From positions 186,822,897-186,886,896 of the forward strand of contig NC_085845.1 of assembly GCF_035594765.1 (NCBI RefSeq): 64,000 nt of DNA, given 5' to 3'. Shown piece by piece: positions 33,669 to 48,719 of the stretch. A model generated the notes under the pieces. The model was not told the origin of the DNA, did no database searches, and was given only the letters and a program-made list of their open reading frames with translations. A program made the translations under genes and the position numbers. Every line of letters starts with the position of its first letter. Position 1 is the first letter of the stretch. The stretch is from Anolis carolinensis. Lineage: Eukaryota.

Positions 33669-36600
33669 GTATGCTTTTGTTTTTCTTAATATACCGTATC
33701 TCTTAGACTTAACTGTATAGAATTGCCTTTTAAAATTTGTTTATTATTCCCCCCCAAAAAATCTTCCCTTAATTTCTGTTTGGGTTGAAAGAGTTGCTCA
33801 AGCAAAGATTTATTGTTTGTTTCCTCTAGTTTTAAGAACAGTTTCTGGGTAGGTAGATTGTATTGTGTATAATTATATAGCAGTCTGACCTCTGCCTCAT
33901 TACACATGAATTCCATACATTTGGGCATGTTCTCATAAACTGATGGTACTACATTTATAGTAGTCTCCCCTTCCTTCACTATCTGAAGATTTCCTGGGGA
34001 TATAGATTTAATTTTAATTATTGGGCATTTACAACACAAACCCTAATTCAGAGGAATCACTTACTGCTTGAATGTGGGGAAGAAGAAGTAAGTAGGAGGG
34101 AATGTAAGGCTCTGTTGGATTTTCCATTTTAAATTGCCCATTAATTCCTATATACTTCAGGGCAGTTCAATTACCTTTTAGCCTTCAGAAAGACAGTTAT
34201 CTATTTAGAGCTATGTTGGCTAGTGATGCCAACAAGATCATTAAGAGGTGTTTTTAGTAGCTTAGCCATCCCTAAAGAGAAAGAACATTTTTATTGGCAG
34301 GGCTAACAGTGATTTTGGTTTAGTGAGACATTATTTATATTCAGCTTTCCTACTAACATCTCTTTTTTTCCTTTCCTCATTTTTTTCCCTCGAGAGTGGG
34401 AAGGGGAGAGACATTAAGATAGAAGCTTGTATAAGATAGATAGCTTGTATACAACAGAAATAAAGTTTGGTGTTTCAGAGATGAATTGTGTACAGCTTTG
34501 TATTCCAAGCTTTATATTCAGCAATCTGGTACCTGACCATGAGATTTTAAGAGATTTCTCTTTTTCTGTTTTTAAGTATTTGCCTACAGGTATTTGGCTA
34601 ATTGAGAGAGTTGGTTTGTGAGTAAGAAGGCAAAAATATTTCTTAATGCAGGATTCCAGGCAATTTGAGATAGGTCTTGCAGTCAATACTCTAGCAAGTG
34701 TTTTGTCAGCCAAACTGCTTTGCCAAATTTTCTCTGTAAAATATATACATATAGGAATGCTGTGTTGTATACCATGGAATGTTTTTGAAGTTGACTATTT
34801 CTTAGCTATTCTTAAAAAAAACTTCTCAGTAAAAAAAACCTATTGTTACCTTATTAGTGACTTTTGGGAAATAATTATACTTCTGAAATTGACTCATAGC
34901 ATTGAGTCCAGCAAGTTGTTTCATACATGACTTCTCAGAAGCAAGGCTCACTGTATTTAATTGTATTTTGTACTCAAAGATGTTATATAATTTCAGCCTC
35001 AAAAAGGTAATATAGGATTAATATAGGTAGAACTGAAAGCAGTGGCCTTAGTGTGGTGGTGGGAATCTCTAACCTACCAGGTTGTTTTAAAACGTGGGTT
35101 TTTTAAAGCACAACAAGATAATGATGAAGAATTACCATGTAATGAGGGCAAGTCTGGGAGCAAAAATTAAACAACTTCAAGGATCATGCTGTGGAGAAGG
35201 AAACGTGTCCACGCCACCTCAGGAGCCCAACTGCTAATGGCTTCCACCACTGTTTTCTTGCCCATGCATTCAAAAATGTCTTTTGACAATACTTAGAGAA
35301 GGGGGTGATTAATTTTTGATCAAAGTTGAAATACAGTATTAATGTTTATATTTTAAAAGGAACCATTCCCTTCTGCGAGTTGAATGGTGAAAAGCAAGAG
35401 CTTACTCCATCCCGGGAGAACTTAAAAGAAGTAACAGCTTACTCTCTTAGTACTTCTTTGAGGGGAAGTGCCAAAGAGCTGCCACCCCTATTTTCTCACC
35501 TACAGTGTTGGTGTCACATCAGTATACTAGGATTGATGTCATCCTAGTACGATAATAGGGTGTCACCTCCATTGACCTATTCCCTTCTGGCAAGCTCACA
35601 GTGGCCAGATTACTTGCGAATAATCAAGTGGATGCTCACACTTCACCTCCGTGCTCCTGTTGATGTTGTCCCCTCCTCAAATACTACGGCTCTGTACCCA
35701 TGCTCCTCCTCTGGCTCCTTTTCCAGCTCTGGTGGCAGTGGTGGCATGTTTCTCTCCTCCAACTCACAGGTAGCAGGATGGCCACGAGAGGCAGGTAGTA
35801 GTGGCAGATCAGAGGGCTGGTAGCGGTGGTCGTTGGGTCTTTTAGTAGTGACAGCTCCAGAGTTGTTTTACAGCCTCACTGGCCAGGGATTGTGATCTGG
35901 TGAAGGTCCATGGGGTGACATCATGTGTCCCACACAAGTTGGGGGATTCTGGAGGTTGCGGTCATTTTGTGTTGCCCCTTTGCATCCCTCTAGTGATGCC
36001 ATTGTGCCTAAGCATTCAAAAAGACCATAAGTGACAACGTTAAACATAAGGTGATTAAAATTCCTTCTTGCACCGTAGATTGCTCACACAAGTGTGTGTG
36101 TGTGTGGGGGGGGGGGGAGGGTGAAGATCAAGGTGGGAATATCAGTTAGCTGCTTCCTGATTGATGGGAACAGACCCCTATCAATAAGCTGCTGCTTGCT
36201 GAGTGGAGATTGGGGGACTTTCACAATCCCTTCAGATTCCTTAATTTAGCGAATAAACAGAGAATGTGAATGTGAGCCAGTAGCAAATGCACAACTTAAG
36301 TTTTGCATTCATAATTATCTTACTGAATTCTCACCATGATATACATAGTAAGGGCACAGCAGGGAAATGTTTGTAAATAGGACCTCCTTTCATCAGCTTG
36401 GACTCACTTTTGTTTGGGTATTAGTTAAGTGTGCATATTGAAGCAGATCACTTGTTTTTATACTCAGCAAATCTAAAAAAGCTTTCTGTTCCATTCAGCC
36501 CTCAAAGACTAAACTATGAGTTCAGTGGCTAACAGTTACATTATACGTCATGATAAAAAATCTCTGTATCTCATTAGGTTTTGAACGCTATGGTTCCTGA

Positions 36601-39600
36601 GAATAGCCTTATAGAGAGAGTGCACTATACTATCTAAATGAGCCATGACAGGCTTGGGAGCAAGACCAAATGCTGAAAATTGCACCAGGTGGTGTTAAAG
36701 GAGCTTGTTCCACTCAGTAATTGCTCAGGCTCATAATGTTGTAGGGAATTTGGAAAGGAGGTTCTTTTTGCCATTCACTTCCTGAGAATTTAACTACACT
36801 ATACTCTTGTTTCCTTACTATTTCAGGAGTCTTTCTTCCCTTTTACTCACCTCCTTTCTGGATCTGTTTTGTACTGAGGATGTGAATGGTACAGCAAAAC
36901 TTTATTCTCATTTTAAGACAACATTGGAAAAAACTGGCACATCAATTCCAGTTACAGGTTGTTGAGAATAAACCCCCTCTTATAATGTTTTAATCTAGTT
37001 AAAAACTATAAATATTTAAAGTGGGTTGAAGGACCCTAGTCAGGAAACCAGAACAGATGTTTGCATTCCAGTCAGGTTTACACTACTTCGGGGTCATTTT
37101 TCCTCTTATATTATTAGATTATAAAATGCTTATAGAAATGTACTTGAAAAATCCCATCTGCTTGAAAGCATTTGTTTTGTTTTTGTTTTTTTATTTGGAG
37201 TGCTGGAATACTACATTTGGTACTATTACTGGAGGTCTGAAGAGTGCACTCTGGGTGGGCATACATTCCCTTTATGCCATCTCTAGTAGGTAAAATTGAG
37301 AAAAAGAGGATTGGTTTGGGAGATAGATTGAAAAAGGTTTTGACACATGATTTTAAACTCTAGCAATTAACCTAACTCTACTTCCCTTTTAACTGATTCA
37401 GTTTTCATTCTAAATAGTTTCTTTCTCCAGCAGCTGGAACTTTTTGGTTGTTTATCTTGATGTGTTTTGCCTTATAGCTGTAGCAGGAGGTTGAGATGAG
37501 AATTGAAGAACAAAAATACAGAATACTGTACTGTTGCTTTTTTATTTTCATAAAGAAAAAGGAAATACTTGATAGTCCTTCCTTCACCTACCGCTATCTA
37601 TACCATGTCAGTTCTAATCATAGACCCACACCTATAACTTTAATTCAGAGATAGGTAAAATATAGCCATCCAGATGTTGTTTGACTTCCCAACATTCCTC
37701 ACTACTGGATGATGGATATGCTAGTTAGGACTGATGGGAATTACAATTCACTGGCATGTGGAGGAAGGACCACATTTCAGCTGCTATTATTTTAAATTGG
37801 GATAATGAATAGATTTGTTTGAGTTATAAATGAACTGGCATGTAAATTACAAACTGTTTTGGCTTGCTGAAATACTAGCTGCACAAAACCTGTTCCTCTC
37901 CAAACTGTCACCTGGATGTTCTTCCTAGCTGGACATGAAGAGATGAGACAGAGCTGCTCCATCTGTTCTGTTGAGAAACCTGCTGCATTTCCCCTCATTT
38001 GTTTCCATCACAGCTGGCTGTCAAGGGCCAATTCCAATATTCTAGAGGAGGTCAGTTAAAATGTATACAGTTTGTTATCTTCCAGTTAGACTTGACCACC
38101 CAAAGGGAATGACATTTGGTGAAACTAGTCAATCCAGCCAGTTTGGGACAAGATTGGAGATCCCCTAAACGAGAAAATTGGGTGGAAATTAATAAAATGA
38201 AAGTTGATACAGACAAATGCTAAATTCTATATTTAAGCCACAAAAATCAAATTCATAGGTATGGGATGAACATTTATTGAAGCTAAATTCAACATAGCAA
38301 CTTCTCAGATGTAAACATTCATATGCCCCAAAGCCGTACTAACATACAGTAAATAACTGCCCCCTCAAATTTGGTATCTTAGGGTCTTTATGACGCTTGC
38401 ATCGGCCTTACCAAACCACACGTTTTGCTTTCTTTTGAAATAAGACATCAACAATTTCTGAAGGTGACATTGGCTTCCTGCATAAATGTTCATAATAAAC
38501 AGCAGTGTATATAAGTAATATTAGTGTGTGGATATTTAAGTAAGTGTATAGTAACTTTGCAGATTTCATGTAGCAAGAAGAATACTAACTTTGAGCAGTT
38601 ATAAATACTATTTAGATGTTAACTTAAAATGTGGGAAGAGGAAAATTTCAAAGGTTGTTTTCCTTATAAAGCTTCCCTGTCATGTGTGGACCTTCATCAT
38701 TATTGAAGGAAAAATGTCACTTTGAATAGAAGTTTATATGCTATGCTGTTTTCGGTTTAGTTTTAAATTGTTTGGTGAGTCTGTATTAATACAAGACCGT
38801 ATGTCTAAGTTCTGGAGTTTTTTCTTAAATTATTCAGAGTATGCTGCAGTAGGATACAGTTACAGATTATTGGTGGCCCAACGTAACTGTGAAGATGAAT
38901 TTATTTGAAAAAAATCAACACAGTTTTCTAAAGTACTCATTAAAAATGATTCATTATAAAAAATATGCAGTTTAAGGGTAATTTCTAATATAGTTGCAGT
39001 GCTGGTGAAGAAAAAAGCTGGGTGTTTTTTTCTGCTTTTTTCTCCATGTATATTCTACAGTTCTGTATTCAATATAATATTAATTGTTCCTAAAATATAT
39101 TGAGGCTTCTAAGCTGCTATATTTGCATTCTCCAGAATCGTTGAATATGTCTTTGATGACTTTCACCCAAATCAGTGCTCTCTTTAGAAACCTTGACCCT
39201 TTTCATATTACACATAGCACCATGGTTCCATCCTATGGAGTCCTGAGATTTAAACTTTAAAGGGGGTATTTAGATTTCACAACTAGGGGGCTCTAGTGCC
39301 ACACTAAACCGTGAAACCAAGATTCAGTGGGATGCAACCATAGCAGTTAAATTGGAATATAGTGTTATAAATGTGTAGAGTAAAATACCTTCTGTCTTCA
39401 TACAGGTGGTCCTGAATATCACTGTTTCTTGAGTGTTAGAATGAAGGTTGAGAAAAGAAAAACCTTTCACCACTGGGATGTTCACTGGAATTGCCAAAAA
39501 ACAAAAACAAAAAAAAGCCCAATTCGTTTTAAGGGACTTAGCATTGAAAAGCATAGTTGATTTCAGTTATAACTTCATAGCTTTTCTCAAATGAGGCATG

Positions 39601-41332
39601 AAACCAACTGTAGTGTTCCAAATGCAGTATACACAGTAGTTCTCATCCCATGAGTGTTGAATGAAGGATGCAGATTATATAGATGCAAGGCTGGATTAAA
39701 GTGGTTGGAGGCCTGGAGCAATGTAAAATATGTGACTTCTTTGGTGCCTATATGTCAAATATTGGAGCAATAAAGGTTTTTGAGAGTAGGGATTGCTAGC
39801 TAATTAAAAATACAAGGTTAGAAAAATCTTTTTGAATTTTAATTCCATTTTATTTAAGTAATAGTAGTAGTTAGCTGAATTAAATTTTCTTACCTTAGAA
39901 TGGAGCCTACTTTGCTTTTGCTAATATAAAATTAAAGTTTATATTTCTCAAGTCCATACTTTGCATTTTATTTTTGGTTTTGAAGTTACAATAAAAGTGG
40001 TGGAACTTTGCACAAGAGTTGTTCCTGTTGTCATCAGCATCAAAGAGATCATTTGTGGGCTGTGTGTGCATGTCCTCAATTCAGTTCTTTCTGTTCCCTT
40101 TCACTATTAAAAGTATATTTATTGTTGGGTTTTTTTTTACTTTATTAGTTTATATCCATCTTTTTCCATGAGTAAACTCAAACATGGCAAATCTGGCTCT
40201 TTCTTATTTATCCTCACAACAATTCTGTAAAATAGGTTAGATAGAGAGAGACAGAGAGACAGAAATGGAAAATTAAATAGAGACTAAAACAAATCCTAAT
40301 CCAACATTTTAATTCTTATGCTAAACTCATTTTGCTTGGTTTTCTATACAAGACAAGAAAGATAATGATTAATGTGAGCAAATATTTACAGAAAGTACCC
40401 CGTTTTTCAAAGAAGTTAATTCAACTCTCCATGCTCAGCAATCCTTTATAGGGCTAGCCCATGGCATTTTGCTATCTGAGTTGAAGGGTGAGATGCTCCG
40501 TAATTACCAAAGCAAACAATGGAGGAAATGAGTGTAAAAAGATACATCTGAGTTCAAATAAGCTAAAAGGTAATGAAGTAAATAGAAAAATAGATAGTTC
40601 AATGATGGGAAATAAGGTAAAATTGGGTAGCAGGCAGAAAGAATGCAAAGAGAAAGAGGGGAGATGAGTGTGTGGTTTCCCCTAAAAATAAAGATGTGAC
40701 AAAACATTTGTACAACCCCAATAAATGGAGTTATACCTTACGTAGAAGCAGATAGATGTATTTGTTAGTGTCTATATTGGCAAACATTAAAGATATGCTG
40801 ATGAAGCAACTGGCCAGGTCTCTCACTTCCTGTCCCATGGAGTAGCTGCCCATAGCTGCTGTTGCTTACTCCACCTGCTCCCTCTTCCAAATGTAACTAC
40901 GGGGAGAGAAAGTTTAGTGGAGGCACATAAGGATTAAAGAGGAAGAAAACTATTGGTGAAGCACTTCATGGCTAAAACCATGGCCAGCTTGATTTTCTTA
41001 CATTGAATTGCTTAAAGAAACACGGTTTCTGCATTTGGCCATGGAGAGTTTGTACAGAGTTTTTCCAATGCCAGCGATCTATTGCTCTCTCTACATCAAC
41101 TGCATTGGCTCTATATGATCGGAAAAAGATGGTAGTGTCAATTCTTCATGATACCCCACTGCACCAAATTGCCATTTCCGTGCTCCCCTCCCTTCTAGAC
41201 TCCAATATAACTTAGAAAGAGAGATGAACTATTTACTTTTTTCCTGCAAAATAGTGGAGTTAGGATGGAGAACAGCTTAGCAAATGTGGCAAAGACTTAC
41301 TGAAATGACACGGTGTCCTCATTCCCTTAAAC

Positions 41333-41451
41333 CAGAGGTGTCAAAGCTTTGGACCTCCAACTCGCAGAAACCCTAGCCAGTTTGTCCAGTGGCCAAGAAT
41401 TCAGGGAGCTGAATGCAAAACACCTGGAGAGCCATAAGTTTGACACCACTG
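41333..41451. mobile_element. hAT MITE
   Basis: cagaggtgtcaaa / tttgacaccactg; perfect 8-bp TSD ccttaaac. Confidence 0.88.
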
Positions 41452-41509
41452 CCTTAAACAATTGGCACAACAACTTTCCAAACTCAGCAAAAGAAGGAGG
41501 AGATGTTTT

Positions 41510-41743
41510 CCATTATTGAACTGAGAGTAAAGTAACTGCTTTGGGAGATTGTGATTTGGACAACCAGTGAAGTTGATGACGGAGGATCATCAATTCAAGG
41601 CTGGCGGTCTTTGCCTCTTTCAGAACACTAGTGTTTGTCTGCCAGTCTTCACAAGAGATTTGCAGCGTTTTTTGGAGGCAACGCTGATTAAATCTTTCCA
41701 GAAGTCGAGTTTGATGTTTGTAGACAATCCATGTCATGCAGGC
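41510..41743 (-). mobile_element. RTE-clade LINE fragment
   Basis: TWIVYKHQTRLLERFNQRCLQKTLQIS..TNTSVL, the RTE post-RT motif. Confidence 0.75.
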
Positions 41744-44700
41744 TCACTTCGGACTCTTCGTTCTTGATGTCTACCACGCGCTTCAAGCATTGCACTCAGT
41801 GTGCCGCTAAGATTCCCGACTCGGACGGCCACACCAAGTGCCTTCTCTGCCTTGGCGAGGCCCATGTTGTCGGTACTTGCCACTTTTGCCTAGCTGTCAC
41901 GACTCAAGCGAGGAAAAACAGAACGGCCAGGCTCAGGGCGGCACTCTACGAGAGGTCGCTCGTGCCGGGCTCAACTCCTTCTACTTCAAGGGCACTTGCC
42001 TCCAAGGCTTCTTCAGTCTCCTCCAGGGCTTCTAAACCGCCTTCTAAACCGCTGTGCACGGTGACTACGGCTCCGGTGTCGACTCGGTCTGGTAAGGTGG
42101 GACCCTCCTCGACCTCGAGCTCCTTGGCTTCAGCGGCTTCGGTTCGCTCCTTTGTGGGGTCTCCATCCTCGACCTCGGCTATGAAGATTGCCTTTAAGAG
42201 GCCCCAAGAGGAATCTCGACGTGCCCAGTCCGACTCGGCAGCCGTTCCTCCGACCCCAGGCAAATCTATGAGGGCACCCTCTAAACAGCCCCCAGTTAAG
42301 AGGCAGATGACCCAACGCTCTTCCTCCTCAGCCTCGCGTAGAGATGTCCCTTCTTCCTCGGCGACTTCGTCAAGGAGATCTTTGCCGATTGAACCGGCAC
42401 AGCATCCTCGAGATGTCTCTTAGTCCCCCCCCCCCCCCTCAGCAGTTGTCTGAAGGTGAAATACAGGACTCACCCCACCACTCAGACAGTGGTCAGGGTA
42501 CCGATGCCTGAACCCACCTTAGGGCGTCGACAATCTCAACAGCAATTTTTTCCCCCAACCTCTACTACGGAATGGGGAAGACAAATGGCCCGCTTAGCCC
42601 AAACGGCTCAAGCCTCGGCCTCCAAAGACTCTTGGCCACCTGCTGCTCCTGCTCTCGAGGTTATGCCTCCTCCAGAGACTGTGCTTTCATCTCCTCCTCG
42701 GTCCCCTCAAGGGGCCAAGAACGATGAGATTGATGTTGATCACCCAGAATCCATCCTTTCGGCTTCTGTCGTCTGTCTGGGTCTCGACTTCTCACCTCCT
42801 CATGATGCCTACGAAGTCGACCCTCCTTCTCCGACAGATAATGTCAGCATTTTTCTGATCAGATGGTCAGGATGGCTGACGCCCTAGGAATGGAAATCAA
42901 GGAGACCTCTAAGGCTGTGACCGACCCTGTCTTCAAAAGGGTCCAAGCCCAAGCTCCTCCGGCTACTCTCCTACCATTTTTGCCATATTTGCTGGACGTT
43001 ATCCAAGCTTCTTGGAAAACGCCTTCCTTGATACCGCCCACCTCGAAGAGGATCGAGGCCTGGTACCGTACCGACGACGATACTATGGAATGGCTCACCC
43101 CGACCCTAACTCTGTGGTCGTCAAGGCTTCTCAGTCTTCCGGTTGTCAGTCCAACACTCCAGCTGATCGAGAGGGCAAAAGATTCATCGCCGTAGGTAGA
43201 AAGCTTTATTCTGGAGCCCTCCTACTCTGTAGGATGGCTATCTATGGGGCTTATATGGGAGCCTACTCACAAATCCTTTGGGAAAAGGCCCAGCCCTTCT
43301 TTGCAAAGTTCTCTGACGAAGATCGGTCGGTCCTTACCACGCTTCAGCAAGAGGCTGACTCCTTAGCCCATCATCAGATCCAGATGGCTAAGCATACTGG
43401 TGACACTGCCGGCAAGATGATTGCCCATGCGGTCACCATCCGTCATCATTCCTGGCTGAGGTCATCGGGTCTCTCCTCATCCTCTAGACAGGTCATTGAG
43501 GACTTATCTTTTGATGCGTTGGGACTTTTCAACGCCGGGACTGACGACAAACTCAAATCCAACCATGTCTTTAAAATTCTGGCCTCAAAGTGTGGAGTTG
43601 AACAACCTCACTCCCAACGCACTCGGTGGTTCCCTCATCGTTTCCGCTGTTTCCCGCCTCAAGCCTTTCGACGCCAAGCTTTCAGGCGGTCTTCGGGTTC
43701 GAGCCACCAAAGCCAACACCAGCCTCGCCACTCGGCTCAGGCTCAGAAGCAACGGGGTTGAGCCACCTCTGCACCCGCTCAGGCCCATCGTCGTACCTGA
43801 CGCCGTACCTGCATGCCCAGTCTCCACATTCGGTACCATTGCAGCCGCCATGTCACCTCTACAACCCTCTGTCTCACTGCCTCTACACGCTTGCCTCTTC
43901 ACAGACCATCTGGCCCCCTTCTATCACCAGTGGGAGTCTATTACTTTGGATGCCTGGGTTCTCCGCATTGTTTGAGAGGGTTATGCCTTAGAGTTCAAAG
44001 AACTCCCTCCTACAGGCCATGTCTCCCTCACCAAGCCCTCTCCAGAGATTTACGCCGAAATAGATTCCCTCTTCACCAAGGGGGCTATTCGGTTTTCTCC
44101 ATCCAAACAGAACCCTCGAAGCTTCTTTTCCAGATACTTCACGGTCCCAAAATGAGGGGGGGTCTTCGCCCCATCCTGGACTTGCGAGCTCTGAACTTGT
44201 TCATTCGTCCAACAAAATTCTGGATGGTATCCATTGCATTCATTTTTCCGATTCTCCAGCAAAGAGATTACTTCATGTCCATAGACTTATGTGATGCATA
44301 TTTTCACATTGCGATATGAAAGACCCACAGATGCTTTCTCTGTTTCAAGGTCCTCGACCAGACCTACCAGTTTACCGTCTTACCCTTCGGCCTTGTCACG
44401 GCACCAAGGGTCTTCACCAAGGTAGTGGCCGTGGTTGCGTCGCACCTCAGACAGCAAGGCATCACAGTCTTTCCGTATTTGGACAAGTGGCTTCTTGTCA
44501 GGCCCGACCCGGCCGTGTTGCAGCGCCACATCGAACAGACTCTCCAACTGTTGGACTCGCTCGGCCTTCAGCTCAATGCTGAGAAGTCTCACCTCGTTCC
44601 ATCGAGGAAGATCCGCTTCATTGGCGCGCTCTTCGACTCCATCGCCCAAACTGCCTCTCTACCATCTGACAGGTTTCTCGCCCTCCGTCATCACCTCACA

Positions 44701-47700
44701 GTCTGCGAGCACAACCAAAGGGTTCGGGCCCGATCCGTCCATGTCCTTCTAGGTCATATGGCGTCTACTGGTCTGGTCACCCCCTTTACCAGATTGCGCC
44801 TCAGGCCTCTGCAAAGGTGGTTCATAGACAATTTCAAACCATCTCAGCATCCCAGCTCAAAGTTCCTCTTGGTACCGTCTCACGTCTGCTGCTCCCTTCT
44901 TTGGTGGAAGTCTCGAGCCAATGTGTGCAAAGGTCTAACATTCCACCCCGCTCTTCCGTCGGTCACCATAACCACCAACTCCTCCAACTATGCCTGGGGA
45001 ACTCACATGGACAGCCTCACCATCCAAGACCTCTGGTCCCCTCTTGAGAGGAACAGTCATATAAACGTCTTAGAACTCCTTGCCATCTTCAAGGCCCTGA
45101 AGGCCTTTGCCCGCCTAATCCTCCACAAGACTGTTCTCTTTCAAACGGACAACATTCTACATCAGTAAACAGGGCGGCACGGGTTCGAGAAAGCTGTTGT
45201 CTCTCTCCACCCGCATCTGGCAGTGGTGCATAGCCCACAAGGTCTTCATACTGGCACTCCATCTCCCGGGCCTCCAGAATGGCCTAGGCAATGCCCTAAT
45301 CAGGATGACGAGCTCCTCCCACGAGTGGCAGCTCAATCCCGACACTCTCCACGATCTCTTTCGTGACTGGGGATGGCCTACCCTAGACCTCTTCGCCTCT
45401 CCTCAGAATGCGCAGCTACCTCCATGCGGAGCGGGACTTCCTCCGGCCTCGTTTCCTGGATGCCTCGGGGATGCCTTTCTTCTAGACTGGTCGACAGAGC
45501 CACTGTTTCCTCCCTTTCCTCTGATACCGAGGGTGTTGGAGAGACTTCGCCTTGCCTCGGCTACGGAGATTCTAATAGCCCCAGCATGGCCGCGACAGTC
45601 GTGGTATCCGGCTCTTCTTCACCTCTCCAGAGGGACCTTTCTCTGTCTTCCGCCTCTGCCTCACCTTCTGTCCAGGCAGAACGGTCAAATCCTCCATCCG
45701 GACATCCCGTCTCTACATCTCACTGCATGGAAGATTCTCACCTAAGCTCCCTCCATCCAGACCTCCAAAAGGTTCTCCGTGCAGCACACAAGCTGGCTAC
45801 GACCAGAGCCTATGCCTATAAGATCTCTCGGTTTTGTGCCTTCCTTCGGTCCCGAAACATTGACGCCTTTCCAACCTTGGTTCCTGGATTTCCTGCTTAC
45901 CCTCGCAGAACGAAAGCTGTCCCTCGCCTCTATGAAATCCTATTTAGCTGCCTTGTCTTGGTGCTTCCAACACCACGGTCAGCCGTTTCTGTTCGGTGAT
46001 CATCTCATAAAGACCTGAGGGGCTACAACAATCTCTGCCCTCCGGCGCAGCCACCAACGCCTGGTTGGAGCCTCAAACTCGTGCTTTCCCAGCTCATATC
46101 TTCCCCGTTCAAGCCGCTGGCATCAACGGACCTTCACTTACTCTCATAGAAAGTAGCCTCCTTAGTTGCTGTCACTTCGACCCGTAGGCCTTCGAAGCTG
46201 GCGGCTCTTAGAGTGGACGAACTTTACCTTCACTTCCACCATGACCGCGCCGTACTGCGTCCGGGTTTCACCTTTTTTCCTAAGGTGGTCTCTGCTTTTA
46301 ATCTAAACCAAGACATTGTGCTCCCAGCCTTTTTCCCTAACCCTTCATCTCCGCTCGAATGGAGACTTCACCTTTTGGATGTTAGAAGAGCTCTTCTCTT
46401 CTATAGAGACCGAACTAGGGCAACACGCAAGACACTGAGACGTTTTGTTGCTTATGCCCCGGACAAGTTTGGTAACCCAATCTCCTCCCAGAGACTCTCC
46501 CACTGGAGCCTATGCCTATAAGATCTCTCGGTTTCATGCCTTCCTTCGGTCCCGAAACATTGACGCCTTTCCAATCTCCTCCCAGAGACTCTCCCACTGG
46601 ATTGCTCAAGCCATTGAACTTGCTTACGAACTGGCTAAACGCCCCCATCCTCTGTCGATCCAGCCGAGATCAATGAGGGGCCTTTCTACCTCAATTGCTT
46701 TTCTCAGGGGCATCCCTCTTGACTCTATTTACAAAGCAGCAATTTGGTCGAACCCTTTGACGTTTGTCTCCCACTATAGAATGGACTCTAAGGTCCAGAA
46801 GGACTCTGCTTTCGCCAGTTCGGTTTTGTTCTCCTGCTTGTCATAGGAGGCATTGTTTTTTCCTTACAGAACACTTGCCAGTAAAAAAAAAAGAGGGAAA
46901 GGATGAGAGAGGAGACACAGAGAGTGAGAGAGGAGACACAGAGAGAGTAGGAAGGGGAGGAAGGCAATTAATGTCACTCCAAGTATTACTGTTTGCATAA
47001 CAAGCTTTATTTTCCTCTCTTCTTTCACAATGTTTATGTGACTGCACTAGGGCAACACTACAAGCATTGCTCTTCTTTCCTCTACAATGGTTTACACTGT
47101 GAGAGGTCTGTTTGCCTCTCGGTCCTATTCTAAGGACAAGTTACACCTTGTTTCTCTCCCTTTGGGGGATACTGCTGTTCTATTTGCACTTTCCCCTGGG
47201 CCTTTTTTGATGTCCACTTAACGGGGATACACCTCGATATGGTTATGTCTCATGTTTATGTACTTGGTTGACATGCTGACCTCGTTGCACATTGTGCCTT
47301 ATTTCTCTTTGATGTGTCCTAATAAAAATTGGGTTTGGACATTCAACTCGTTGTCGGGTTTGCTCTGTCCCACTGTCCTGAACCTTAGCTTGCTAGTCTC
47401 CATTAGTGTGCATTCACAGAGTACACGAAGAAAAAGGTCAGGTTACCTGTAACCATGTTTCTTCGAGTGTACTCTGTGAATTCACACAAACCCGCCCTTC
47501 CATCACCGCTGGCAAACCTCTCCCTTTCTCGTTGCCTTTGCGGCGCAGGAACTGGAGAGCGGATGCCCAGGACTGCCTTATATGTCCTGTGGGGAGAGGG
47601 GCGTGGCTACCCCCAAAATTCAAACTTTAGCTTGGAAGAGTTTTCCGTTGGAGCCTTCTCCATTAGTGTGAATTCACAGAGTACACTCGAATAAACATGG

Positions 47701-47721
47701 TTACAGGTAAGCAACCTGACC
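41742..47721 (+). mobile_element. Decayed DIRS1-type element (related subfamily), left ITR missing
   Basis: Collinear with 1126-6997; gag, pol and YR broken by stops/frameshifts; ICR 47397-47487 and right ITR 47547-47721 retained. Confidence 0.95.
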
Positions 47722-47930
47722 ATCTTGGACATGCATAGCACGCAGCTGCATGAACTGTGGTGTTTGTGGAAACGCAAGGTCCAGAAAAGGATAGCTGGCC
47801 TATGTTGGGGGGTGTATCACATTTAGTAATATAAATACACCATAACAAGACAATAAAACACTAATTACACATAAAATTAAAAGCCATATTCCATTCCTTA
47901 TTTCTTAGGCTGAACATAACAATTCACTTC

Positions 47931-48714
47931 TGTGAAGACTTGATGTGATGACAGGGATGGAATCTTTTTGGATCCCACTACTGCCACCAAAATGCGAAGG
48001 ATTCACCTTCTACCTCTATGTATTTCACTTTTCTATGTTGTCGCTGCCACCACCTTTGAAAGATGCTTTGCTCAAATAATAAGCAACATTTGAAGAAACA
48101 GTAACTTGTTTATTTATAGCACATAGCTTGATGGTTGCAAGAATGTTATATCTTAAGTTGAACGATGTTACTTCTGTACAGTAAGTGTTGCAAGACTTCT
48201 CAATAGTTTCACTGAGCTTAGTATGGTATCAGCTTTATATTACTTGTTTCTTTCAGTTAGGAATACTGTCCTTCTTTAACTTAGTTGACCTGTACCCGAT
48301 CAAACTTGGATTGGGGAGTTTAACTGGTCAACCCTAGTCTTCCTTGACTTAGGGATGCAGCCTCAGCTCTTTAGTTATCTCTACTAAAGGCTCAGCAACT
48401 TTAATTTTAGCCCTTCTCCGCTAAAACTCTCTAGCTGCTCAACTTCCTCCCACAATCTCTTTTTTCGATCACACTCCTTTCTCACTGAACAGAACCAACT
48501 GCTCTGCTCAACCGACAAACTCCAACTGCCCAATTCCAACTGCTAAATTTGAATTCTAAGGCTTCCACCAGCAAGGTGAAGCCACGCCCCTTTTCCTGGC
48601 CATGCCTTAGAGGCTCCCAACTTCTGTACAAGAATAGCTGAAATATACAACCTTAAACAGTCAACCTAAACATAGCAATCATGAATAAAACACAATGATC
48701 ATGACATCTTTACA
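47931..48714 (-). mobile_element. Solo LTR (784 bp), related to 26507-27380
   Basis: TGTGAAGA...TCTTTACA termini, TSD cttc, shared ctgccacca and catgacatct motifs. Confidence 0.75.
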
Positions 48715-48719
48715 CTTCT

